A stretch of 12,814 nt of DNA. Source: Candidatus Eiseniibacteriota bacterium (GTDB taxonomy: Bacteria > Eisenbacteria > RBG-16-71-46 > CAZEPH01). Where the stretch lies: positions 1 through 12,814 of the forward strand of contig JBGATO010000094.1 of the NCBI GenBank assembly GCA_044229145.1, read 5' to 3'. This document shows positions 1 through 7,372 of the stretch, one piece after another (the first letter of the stretch is position 1; the number at the start of each line of letters is the position of its first letter). The notes under the pieces are model-generated. The model saw only the letters and a list, made by a program, of their open reading frames with translations, was not told where the DNA came from and did not search any database. The position numbers and the translations under genes are program-made.

Positions 1-7
1 GAGGAGC

Positions 8-38
8 TTGATCCCTCGCCGCGCGGCGCCGATACTTT
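8..38 (+). promoter_or_regulatory. Putative sigma70-type promoter for the 46..2076 gene, probably leaderless
   Basis: TTGATC at 8-13; -10 candidates GATACT (31-36, 17-nt spacer) or TACTTT (33-38, 7 nt before the ATG at 46). No Shine-Dalgarno sequence directly before the ATG. Confidence 0.45.
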
Positions 39-45
39 CGCCACC

Positions 46-2076
46 ATGCCCAGCCACCTGAACGAGCGGGGACTCACCCGCCGCGACTTCCTGCGCAACG
101 CCGGCGCCACCGTGAGCGGCGCGGCCCTCACTGCCTTGAGCCCCGCCGTGGAGAGCGCCCAGGCGCTCGCCGCCGCCGCCACGCGGCCGGCACCCAGCGG
201 CCGGCGTGTCATCGTGCTCGGCTTCGACGGACTCTCGCCGGTGCTCGCCGAGCAGTACATGGCGGAGGGTAAGCTGCCGCACCTCGCGGCGCTCAAAGCG
301 CAGGGTGGCTTCGGGCCGCTCGGCACCACCAATCCGGCGCAGACGCCGGTGAGCTGGTCCAGCTTCGCCACCGGCATGAACCCCGGCAAGACGAACATCT
401 ACGACTTCCTGCGCCGCGATCCCGAGACCTACTACCCCGACTTCTCGATGGTCACGGTGAAGAAGGCGAAGTTCCTGCTCGACCTGATTCCGGTGGGGAA
501 GGCGCATATCACCAACCAGCGCGATGGCACGTCGGTGTGGCGCTACACCAGCGACGCCGGACTGCGTACCGACGTCATCCATCCGCCGGTGGCGTTTCCG
601 CCGGAGCCGGTGAACGGCGCGCTGCTCAGCGGGCTCGGTGTGCCGGACCTGCGCGGCACGCTCGGCACCTACTCGTTCTACACGACGGAAGCGCCGAGCA
701 GCGCGGACACCGAGTTCGGCGGCAAGATCGTGCAGATCCGTCCCGTGAACGGACTCATCGAGACGGTGGTGCACGGGCCGCGTTCGCCGGTGCATGACCG
801 CACGCGCGACGTCGTCACGCCGGTGACGTTCCGCCTCGAGCGCGACACCGCGGTCACCATCGAACTGCAAGGCCATCGCGAGCGCGTTCCGGTGGGCGCG
901 TGGTCGAACTGGTTCACGGTAAGCTTCGAGCTGACGCCGTTCGTGTCCATCACCGGCATGACGCGCTTCCACGTCAATCGCCTGTCGCCCGAGATCGAGA
1001 TCTACTGTTCGCCGGTCAACTTCCATCCGATGAAGCCGGTGCTGCCGATCTCGTATCCGAAGGCGTTCGCGACCAAGCTCGCGGAGTCGATCGGATACTA
1101 CAAGACGCTCGGCTGGGCCACCGACACATGGGCATTCAACGAAGGCCGTCTGCCGCCCAGCGTGTTCCTCGAGGATCTCCACTACACGCTCGACAAGGAA
1201 GCGCGCATGTTCGAGTACATGCTGCAGCGTCCCTCGTCGTTGCTCGTCGATGTGTTCATGGAGACCGACCGCGCACAGCACATGTTCTGGCGCCTCATCG
1301 ACCCCGAGCATCCGGCGTACGATGCGGCGGAAGCGGCGAAGTACGGCGACGCGATCCTGCGCGTGTACCAGAAGGCCGACGCGATCGTCGGCACCGCGAT
1401 GGCGGCGTGCGACGCACACACCGATCTCTTCGTGATCAGCGATCACGGCTTCCACTCGTTCCGGCAAGCGCTCAACACGAATACGTGGCTGGCGCGTCAC
1501 GGCTATCTCACGCTGGCGGGTGAGCCGGGACGCGATCGCAATCTCGACGACCTGTTCGGCCGCGGGCAGTTCTGGCCCAACGTCGACTGGTCGAAGACGA
1601 AGGCGTACGCGCTCGGACTCGGACAGGTCTACATCAACCTGCGCGGCCGCGAGGCGCAAGGCATCGTGTCGCCGGGCGAAGACTACGAAGGCGTGCGCAA
1701 CGAGCTGATCGAAGGGCTGGCCGACATCCGCGACGCCAAGGGACACCGCGTGGTGCGCCGCGTGTATCGCCGCGAGGAAATCTACAGCGGCGAGCACTTC
1801 ACCGAGATGCCGGACCTCGTGCTCGGACTCGAATCCGGCTTCCGCGTGTCGTGGCAGACGTCGCTCGGCGGCATTCCGAAGGATGTGCTCGAGGACAACG
1901 ACCGCTTCTGGAGCGCCGACCACTGCAGCGTGGATCCGGAGATCACGTCCGGCTGCTTGTTCTCCAACCAGGCGCTCGACTTCGCCGGCGCGCACATGAC
2001 CGACATGGCGCCGACGATCCTGCATCGCCTCGGCCTCGCGGTGCCGGGCGACATGGACGGCCGCCCGCTGCTGTAG
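46..2076 (+). CDS. Tat-exported alkaline phosphatase superfamily protein (type I phosphodiesterase/nucleotide pyrophosphatase-like)
   Basis: 676-aa ORF. Twin-arginine signal TRRDFL followed by an Ala-rich h-region. AlkP metal/catalytic motifs: VLGFDG, PAQTPVSWSSFATG (Thr nucleophile), ETDRAQH, ISDHGF, SADH, and terminal DMAPTIL...MDGRPL. Confidence 0.9.
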   Translation: MPSHLNERGLTRRDFLRNAGATVSGAALTALSPAVESAQALAAAATRPAPSGRRVIVLGFDGLSPVLAEQYMAEGKLPHLAALKAQGGFGPLGTTNPAQTPVSWSSFATGMNPGKTNIYDFLRRDPETYYPDFSMVTVKKAKFLLDLIPVGKAHITNQRDGTSVWRYTSDAGLRTDVIHPPVAFPPEPVNGALLSGLGVPDLRGTLGTYSFYTTEAPSSADTEFGGKIVQIRPVNGLIETVVHGPRSPVHDRTRDVVTPVTFRLERDTAVTIELQGHRERVPVGAWSNWFTVSFELTPFVSITGMTRFHVNRLSPEIEIYCSPVNFHPMKPVLPISYPKAFATKLAESIGYYKTLGWATDTWAFNEGRLPPSVFLEDLHYTLDKEARMFEYMLQRPSSLLVDVFMETDRAQHMFWRLIDPEHPAYDAAEAAKYGDAILRVYQKADAIVGTAMAACDAHTDLFVISDHGFHSFRQALNTNTWLARHGYLTLAGEPGRDRNLDDLFGRGQFWPNVDWSKTKAYALGLGQVYINLRGREAQGIVSPGEDYEGVRNELIEGLADIRDAKGHRVVRRVYRREEIYSGEHFTEMPDLVLGLESGFRVSWQTSLGGIPKDVLEDNDRFWSADHCSVDPEITSGCLFSNQALDFAGAHMTDMAPTILHRLGLAVPGDMDGRPLL

Positions 2077-2099
2077 CGCGCGGCCGCGCGAGGCGCTAC
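2073..2099. terminator. GC-rich inverted repeat between convergent stop codons (possible bidirectional terminator)
   Basis: GTAGCGC (2073-2079) pairs with GCGCTAC (2093-2099). An alternative perfect palindrome CGCGCGGCCGCGCG lies at 2077-2090. No U-tract. Confidence 0.3.
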
Positions 2100-3418
2100 T
2101 TGCCCTGGATGTACCCCAGGCTGCGCAAGCGTTCCTTCAACTCCTCGTCGACGGGCGAGGGGATCGCCTTCGCCTTCTTGCCGCCGGCCTTGCGCGGGCC
2201 GGTTTCGTAGCTCGCCAGCGTCGGCGGCACCGGCGGGAACACCGACGGATCGAGGGCTTCCACCAGCGCCACGCCGTCCATGTCCTTGGCGCGCGGCAGG
2301 CCGAACATCGAGAGCACCGTGGGCGTGACGTCGTAGACGGTCGCGCCGTTCAGCGTGCACGGCACGATGCCGCGGCCCGCCATCGCCAGCACGCCTTGCT
2401 CGCGGTGCGCGGTGACGCCACCACCGCGGCCGCCTTGGAAGCCGTGGTCGCTGCAGACGATGAGCGTGGTCTTGTCGTCCATCGTGCGCAGCAGCGGGCC
2501 GAGCAGCGAGTCGGTGTAGGCGTAGTAGCGCGGCATCACCGGTGCGAAGAGCTTGAGCAGTGTCTCGCGCGATTCGTTCTTCGGCACGACCTCGGGGTGA
2601 TACGCGAAATTCCAGAAGAGATGGCCGGTGGCGTCGATACCGCGCAGGTACAACGCGAGGAAATCCGGACGCGTCGTGCCCCGTGCATAGGACGTTGCGA
2701 TGTCCACGAACGAACGATCCGCCGCGACGATCCATCGCAGTTCTTCGAGCAAGTTCTTCGCTTCCGACGGCAGGCGCACGCTGTCGGGGTCGGCGCCCAG
2801 GAACGGTCGCAGATCCCGGTTGGTGATCGCGGACGCCGACTGCACCATCGGCTGAACCTTCTTGAGCGCGGAGGCCGGGTACACGAGATCGTCGACCCCG
2901 TGTTCGGTGAGACCACGTCCGTACCCGATGTAGTCGGACACCAGCACGCCGTTCACCGGCTGCGCCGGCCACGACACCCACCAGCCGAACACGCCCACGG
3001 TGCGACCCGCGCTGCCGAGGATGTCCCACACCGGCTTCGCCTGCCACTGGTTCGACGTCGTCGGAATCGAGCCGTCGAGGAAGTCGTTGATGCCATGCTT
3101 CTGCGGCGACTTGCCGGTGGCGATGGTGGTCCAGATGACCGGCGACTTGGTGAGCGGTTTGATGGTTTGCAGGTCGCCGCTCGCGGCGTGGGCGAGGGCG
3201 CGCGCCAGGTTGGGCATCGCACCGCTGTCCAGCGCTGGGCGCATGACCTGCCAGTCGGCGGCGTCGAGCCCGAGGAAGAGCACCTTGGCGCGTGCGGGGG
3301 CGGCGGACTTGCCGCCGCGTCCGCCATGCGAGGGCGCGGCTGCGGCGACGACGAGTGCGAGGGTAGCGGCGGCGACGGCCGCACAGGCGCGCCGGCGGCG
3401 CGCGGAGGACGTGTGCAT
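2096..3418 (-). CDS. Exported alkaline phosphatase superfamily protein (phosphodiesterase/NPP-like)
   Basis: 440-aa ORF. Arg-rich n-region plus Ala-rich signal peptide. Motifs LFLGLDAADW, KSPVIWTTIATG (Ser nucleophile), GIDATGH, CSDHGF, TAH, DVTPTVL...MDG, and C-terminal EELKERLRSLGY typical of this subfamily. Confidence 0.9.
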   Translation of the reverse strand: MHTSSARRRRACAAVAAATLALVVAAAAPSHGGRGGKSAAPARAKVLFLGLDAADWQVMRPALDSGAMPNLARALAHAASGDLQTIKPLTKSPVIWTTIATGKSPQKHGINDFLDGSIPTTSNQWQAKPVWDILGSAGRTVGVFGWWVSWPAQPVNGVLVSDYIGYGRGLTEHGVDDLVYPASALKKVQPMVQSASAITNRDLRPFLGADPDSVRLPSEAKNLLEELRWIVAADRSFVDIATSYARGTTRPDFLALYLRGIDATGHLFWNFAYHPEVVPKNESRETLLKLFAPVMPRYYAYTDSLLGPLLRTMDDKTTLIVCSDHGFQGGRGGGVTAHREQGVLAMAGRGIVPCTLNGATVYDVTPTVLSMFGLPRAKDMDGVALVEALDPSVFPPVPPTLASYETGPRKAGGKKAKAIPSPVDEELKERLRSLGYIQGK

Positions 3419-3424
3419 CCCGCA

Positions 3425-3453
3425 AGGCTAACAACGCACGCCGAGGGGGTCAA
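3425..3453 (-). promoter_or_regulatory. sigma70-type promoter giving a leaderless mRNA for the 3418..2096 gene
   Basis: Minus strand reads TTGACC (3453-3448)-N17-TAGCCT (3430-3425) with extended TGn, then 6 nt to the ATG at 3418. Confidence 0.65.
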
Positions 3454-3493
3454 CGTGAGCAGCACGCGCGCGCGGCGCGACCGCGCGAATTGC

Positions 3494-3519
3494 GCAACCG
3501 CCTGCGATGGGCTTGCGTT
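3494..3519 (+). promoter_or_regulatory. Putative ECF-sigma-factor promoter
   Basis: GCAAC (3494-3498)-N17-CGTT (3516-3519) matches the AAC/CGT ECF consensus. It lies upstream of the membrane protein-methyltransferase pair. Confidence 0.4.
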
Positions 3520-3596
3520 GTGTGGCTCCAGTCCGTGACACTGCCCCCGGGTGCCGATGGCTGCCGCCATCCACGCCCTTGCGAAGGAGACTTGCG

Positions 3597-3923
3597 ATGA
3601 TCGAGTTGCTGGTGCTGGGCTGTCTGGCCGTTGCGGCGGTCGCGGTGATCGGCTCGCTGGGCCTGGTGTTCGGGCTGCTGGGGTTCCTGATCACGCTGCC
3701 GTTCCGCATCCTCGGCGCCGTGTTCCACGTGCTCGGTGCGCTGTTGTCGCTGCCGTTCCTGCTGATCGCGGGAGTGATCGGCGTCGGCGCCGTGGCGATT
3801 GGCCTGATCGGCGGACTGGTAGGACTTCTCGTGCCCCTGCTGCCGTTCCTGCTGATCGGTGCCGCGGTGTACTGGTTGTTCTTCCGCCGGCGTGAACCGC
3901 GCCGAGCCTCGGCCGGCTGGTGA
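3597..3923 (+). CDS. Small hydrophobic membrane protein, PspG-like
   Basis: SD AAGGAG at 3584-3589 and ATG at 3597 (the 3507 start is an over-extension). 108 aa, almost entirely hydrophobic with a basic tail (RRREPRR). MIELL... and LLPFLLIGAAVYW resemble the termini of E. coli PspG from memory. Confidence 0.75.
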   Translation: MIELLVLGCLAVAAVAVIGSLGLVFGLLGFLITLPFRILGAVFHVLGALLSLPFLLIAGVIGVGAVAIGLIGGLVGLLVPLLPFLLIGAAVYWLFFRRREPRRASAGW

Positions 3924-4822
3924 GCGTGCCGGCGCCGGGGGCGCGCTGGCGGGCACAAGTCGCCCGTGACTGGGACGAAACCGGCCACGCGTGGGAGCGC
4001 TGGGAGCCGTTCCTGATGTACGCGCTCCACGGCGTGAACGTGCCGCTGTTGCGCGCCCTGCGTGCCGATCACGGGCACCGTGTGCTCGACATTGGGTGCG
4101 GGCTGGGCGAGCCGACGCTGACCGTCGCGGCGTGGGTGGGGCCGACGGGCTCGGTGCTCGGGATCGATGTCGCACGCTCGATGGTGGACGCGGCGCGACG
4201 GCGCGCGCGCGTCGAGCACGTGCGCAACGCGACGTTTCGCCGCGCCGACATCACGCGGCTGCGCGCCCCCCACGAGTTCGACCGGGCGATCTCGCGCTTC
4301 GGCGTGATGTTCGCCGATGACGTGCCCGCGATGCTCGGTGCCGTGCATGCGGCGCTCCGTCCCGGCGGCCGTGCGGCCTTTGCCGTGTGGGCTCCGCTGG
4401 CGATGAATCCCTACTTCCAACTCACGGCCGAGGCGATGGCGCCCTACCTCGAGGAGGTGCCGGATCCCGAGCACTCGCCGCATCCCATGCGGTTCGCGCG
4501 GCGTGGCCGGCTCGAGGCCGAGTTGCAAACGGCCGGCTTCCACGGTGTCGAGACGGAGACGGCGCGCGTGAGCTTCGTGTATCCGTCACCCGAGATCTTT
4601 GCCGACGTGCAGATGGAGACCTCCGGCACGCTCCGGCGGATCGCCGGCAAACTGTCGGCGCGAGCCCAGCGCCGCATCCGCGAGTCGATGGCGGAGGCCG
4701 CCGCGGCGCACCTGAGCGGCTCGGTGGTGCGGATTCCCGGCGTGGCCTGGATCATCTCCGGCGATGTCCCGGCGGCACGCGGCGGGGGACGCCGGGGCCA
4801 ATCACCCGCACCGCGGTCTTGA
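3920..4822 (+). CDS. Class I SAM-dependent methyltransferase (UbiE/Methyltransf_25/31-like)
   Basis: GTG start overlaps the upstream stop (GTGA). Motif I VLDIGCGLG, acidic GIDV after beta2, FDRAISRFGVMF, and LRPGGR. Confidence 0.9.
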   Translation: MSVPAPGARWRAQVARDWDETGHAWERWEPFLMYALHGVNVPLLRALRADHGHRVLDIGCGLGEPTLTVAAWVGPTGSVLGIDVARSMVDAARRRARVEHVRNATFRRADITRLRAPHEFDRAISRFGVMFADDVPAMLGAVHAALRPGGRAAFAVWAPLAMNPYFQLTAEAMAPYLEEVPDPEHSPHPMRFARRGRLEAELQTAGFHGVETETARVSFVYPSPEIFADVQMETSGTLRRIAGKLSARAQRRIRESMAEAAAAHLSGSVVRIPGVAWIISGDVPAARGGGRRGQSPAPRS

Positions 4823-4847
4823 CGGGAACGGTGTGGTCCTGTAGTTT
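4819..4847 (+). promoter_or_regulatory. sigma70 promoter of tRNA-Lys
   Basis: TTGACG (4819-4824, overlapping the methyltransferase TGA)-N17-TAGTTT (4842-4847), followed by a C-rich discriminator about 20 nt before the tRNA. Confidence 0.65.
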
Positions 4848-4869
4848 CCCCTCCTCGCGACACGACGGT

Positions 4870-4945
4870 GCGCCCTTAGCTCAGCTGGTAGAGCAACTGA
4901 CTCTTAATCAGTGGGTCCAAGGTTCGATCCCTTGAGGGCGCACCA
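4870..4945 (+). tRNA. tRNA-Lys (anticodon CTT)
   Basis: 76-nt cloverleaf: acceptor GCGCCCT/AGGGCGC, D arm GCTC/GAGC, anticodon arm ACTGA-CTCTTAA-TCAGT, T arm CAAGG-TTCGATC-CCTTG, discriminator A and encoded CCA. Confidence 0.98.
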
Positions 4946-5006
4946 CTTCTTTTCCCTCCTCGCCGTTCCCGCGTCCCGGCCGGACGCGTTTTCTCGGAGT
5001 CGTACA

Positions 5007-5630
5007 GTGCGGGGCAACGACGCGATACGGAAGTTAGGCGAGACTCACATTTGGCGCGGCGCGTTGGTCGTGTGGGTGTTGCTCGCGGCTGTCGCTCGCC
5101 CCGCGCATGCCGAGGCGCCGCCGGCTGCCGTCGAGCGCGTCTATGCCACCGCCGATCAGGTTCTGCGCCAGAGCTTTCCCACCGCCAGTGCTTTCACCCG
5201 TGAGACCCGCACGCTCACCGCAGGACAGCGCCAGCAGATCGCCAAGCGCATTGGATTCCGTCTGCGCGATAGCGTCGTGACCACGGTGATCGCGCGGGGC
5301 GCCGGCGGCGCGGTGCTCGGTTACGGCGTGCAAGCCGACGAGAAGGGCAAGTACTATCCGATCACCTTCTTCGTGACGGCCGACCCGGAGATCCGTGTCC
5401 GCCAGGTCAGCGTGTTGGTGTACCGCGAGAGCCGCGGCGATGCGGTGCGCCGCGCGCAATTCCTCGCGCAGTTCCGCGGCAAGTCGCCGAAGGATGCGAT
5501 CGCCGCCGATCGCGACATCGTGCACGTCAGCGGCGCGACGATGTCGTCATGGGCGATGGCCGCCGGCGTGCGGCGCGTGGTGGCGACGCTCGCCACGCTC
5601 TACGGCGACGAGGCGCGCGCGAGCCGATGA
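5007..5630 (+). CDS. Exported FMN-binding domain protein (ApbE flavinylation substrate)
   Basis: SD GGAG at 4996-4999 and GTG at 5007 (alternative TTG at 5064; the 4911 start overlaps the tRNA). Signal peptide ends PAHA/EA. GKYYPIT, YRESRG, FLAQFRGK and the flavinylation motif DIVHVSGATMSS (Thr codon 5538-5540) fit the FMN_bind family. Confidence 0.88.
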   Translation: MRGNDAIRKLGETHIWRGALVVWVLLAAVARPAHAEAPPAAVERVYATADQVLRQSFPTASAFTRETRTLTAGQRQQIAKRIGFRLRDSVVTTVIARGAGGAVLGYGVQADEKGKYYPITFFVTADPEIRVRQVSVLVYRESRGDAVRRAQFLAQFRGKSPKDAIAADRDIVHVSGATMSSWAMAAGVRRVVATLATLYGDEARASR

Positions 5631-6316
5631 GACGCCTGCACCGCTGGCTTGGGGTCATCACGTCACTGGTGGTCGTCGTGCTCGCGGTGAGTGGATTGGC
5701 ATTGCGGCACCCGGATCTCGCCGCGCGCGTGCTCGCGGAACCGCAGCGTCCCGGCGTGCTCGCCGATCGCACCACCGCGTTGGCCGCCGACCCGCGCGAT
5801 CCGGCGCGCCTCCTGGTGGGCACGGCGCGCGGGTTGTTCGAATCGCGCGATGGCGGACGCACGTGGCGCGACGTGATTCTGCAGATGCCGGCCACCGATG
5901 TCGTCGCGGTGGCGTTCGACCCCGCGGCGCCGGCGCGAATGTTGTTGGCGACCGCCGACGGTGGCGTGTTCGTCTCCGAAGACGGCGGAGAGTTCTGGGA
6001 CGACGCCAGCGTGCCGCCGGAGGCGCTCACGTCTCGACTCCAGGCGGCGAGTTTCGGCGCGGCCGGTGCGGTCGTCGTGCGGGCCGGGTCCGGCGTGTAC
6101 CGCCGCGATGCGTCCGGCGTGTGGTCGCGGGTGGCCGGCGCGGACCACGCCGCGAGGTCGCGGCTCGCCGTCGTCGCGGCGCTGCACGGCGGGAGTTGGC
6201 CGCACGCCGCGATGGGCATCGCGGTGGATGTCTCGGCGCTTGCGCTGCTCGTGCTCGTGTTCAGCGGATGGGTGTTGGCGTTCCAGCGGCAATCGCGGCG
6301 CTGGCGGCGACGGTGA
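5627..6316 (+). CDS. PepSY-associated TM-helix membrane protein with BNR/Asp-box repeat insert
   Basis: ATG at 5627 overlaps the upstream TGA (ATGA). N-terminal MRRLHRWLG...SGLALRH TM helix, C-terminal LHGG...D...FSG TM helix, and two Asp-boxes SRDGGRTW (5843-5866) and SEDGGEFW (5975-5998) between them. Confidence 0.82.
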   Translation: MRRLHRWLGVITSLVVVVLAVSGLALRHPDLAARVLAEPQRPGVLADRTTALAADPRDPARLLVGTARGLFESRDGGRTWRDVILQMPATDVVAVAFDPAAPARMLLATADGGVFVSEDGGEFWDDASVPPEALTSRLQAASFGAAGAVVVRAGSGVYRRDASGVWSRVAGADHAARSRLAVVAALHGGSWPHAAMGIAVDVSALALLVLVFSGWVLAFQRQSRRWRRR

Positions 6317-7344
6317 TGCGCGCGCACGGCGTCACCGTCGCGCTGCTTGTGTGGGGCACGGTTGCGTCCGCCGCGCCTGCCGACACCGTGCGCGTGCAGG
6401 CAGCGCGGCTGACGATGGGCGCGCTGCTCGACATCACCGTGTTCGCGGCCGATTCGACGCAGGCGGCCGGTGCGCTCGAGAGCGCATACGCCGAGGTGGC
6501 ACGGCTCGACACGCTGCTCACCGACTGGCGCGGCGACGGCGACATCGCTCGCCTCAACGCCGCCGGCGACACGCTGTGGCACGCCGTCGCGCCCGAGACG
6601 CGCGAGGTGGTGGGAGAGGCACTGCGCTGGGCGCAGCTCTCGCGCGGTGCCTTCGATCCGACGATTCGGCCGTTGGTCGTGGTGTGGGGATTTCGCGGCG
6701 GCGTGGCGTCGCGCGCACCGCGGGCGGACGAACTCGCCGCCGCGCGCGCACGGGTCGGCGCGCGCTTCGTGCGGGTGGACTCGGCCGCCGTGCGCTTCAC
6801 GCGCACCGGCATGCAACTCGATCTCGGCGGCATCGCCAAGGGCTACGCGCTCGATCGCGCCGCTGCGGTGCTCGAGACGCACGGCGTGCGCCGCGCGCTG
6901 CTCGACTTCGCGGGGCAAGCGTTGGCACTCGACGCGCCGCCGGGCCTCGATGCGTGGCCGGTGGTGATCGACGATCCGCGGCGCCCGCGCGCGCGTCCGC
7001 TCGCCGTGGTGCCGCTGGTCCGCGCGAGCGTCGCGACCTCGTCGCAGCGCGAGCGCACGGTGACGCGTGGCGGCCGGCGCGTCGGCCACATCCTCGACCC
7101 GCGCAGCGGCCGTCCGGTGCGGCGCACGCGGCAAGCCAGCGCCTTCGCCGCACGCGCTGTCGATGCCGATGCGCTCGCCACGGCGGCGTTCGTCGCCGGC
7201 GCCGGCGACGCCGCGCAGATCGCCACGCGCGCCCACGCGTCGGTCCTCGTCGTCGCCCACGACGGTCGCGTCACGCGCAGCGCGAAATTCCGTGTGGATG
7301 CGCGAAGGCGGGCGTCCATCGCCTGGACGCCCGCCCCGCGCTGA
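6316..7344 (+). CDS. apbE: FAD:protein FMN transferase (flavin transferase ApbE)
   Basis: ATG at 6316 overlaps the upstream TGA (TGATG); 342 aa. Motifs TMG, GAFDPTI, LDLGGIAKGYALD, VATS, GHILDPRSGRP, ADALATA. N-terminal signal peptide without a lipobox Cys. Confidence 0.93.
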   Translation: MRAHGVTVALLVWGTVASAAPADTVRVQAARLTMGALLDITVFAADSTQAAGALESAYAEVARLDTLLTDWRGDGDIARLNAAGDTLWHAVAPETREVVGEALRWAQLSRGAFDPTIRPLVVVWGFRGGVASRAPRADELAAARARVGARFVRVDSAAVRFTRTGMQLDLGGIAKGYALDRAAAVLETHGVRRALLDFAGQALALDAPPGLDAWPVVIDDPRRPRARPLAVVPLVRASVATSSQRERTVTRGGRRVGHILDPRSGRPVRRTRQASAFAARAVDADALATAAFVAGAGDAAQIATRAHASVLVVAHDGRVTRSAKFRVDARRRASIAWTPAPR

Positions 7345-7372
7345 CCGAGATCGCGCCTGGCGCGCAGCCTTG

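Noticed and set aside
46..3418. Calling the two AlkP-superfamily proteins formylglycine sulfatases
   Set aside because: Neither has the C/S-x-P-x-R motif. Both show the T/S-P-x-x-W-x-x-x-x-T-G NPP-like signature.
1782..3538. Long alternative ORFs (1782..3434 -, 2396..3538 +)
   Set aside because: Off-frame or antisense shadows of the phosphodiesterase gene. They are low-complexity, carry no motifs, and are expected at this GC content.
4911..5006. Upstream extension of the FMN-binding ORF
   Set aside because: It overlaps the tRNA-Lys gene. GTG 5007 has an SD.
5007..5630. Calling the FMN-binding gene rnfG, nqrC or nosR
   Set aside because: It shares only the FMN-binding motif. No other rnf/nqr/nos genes are adjacent, and it has a cleavable-type signal.
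5395..6315. 649-aa ORF suggesting a long N-terminal fusion to ApbE
   Set aside because: The extension is Arg/Ala-rich shadow translation overlapping two real genes. The ATG at 6316 gives a signal peptide and a TGATG coupling.
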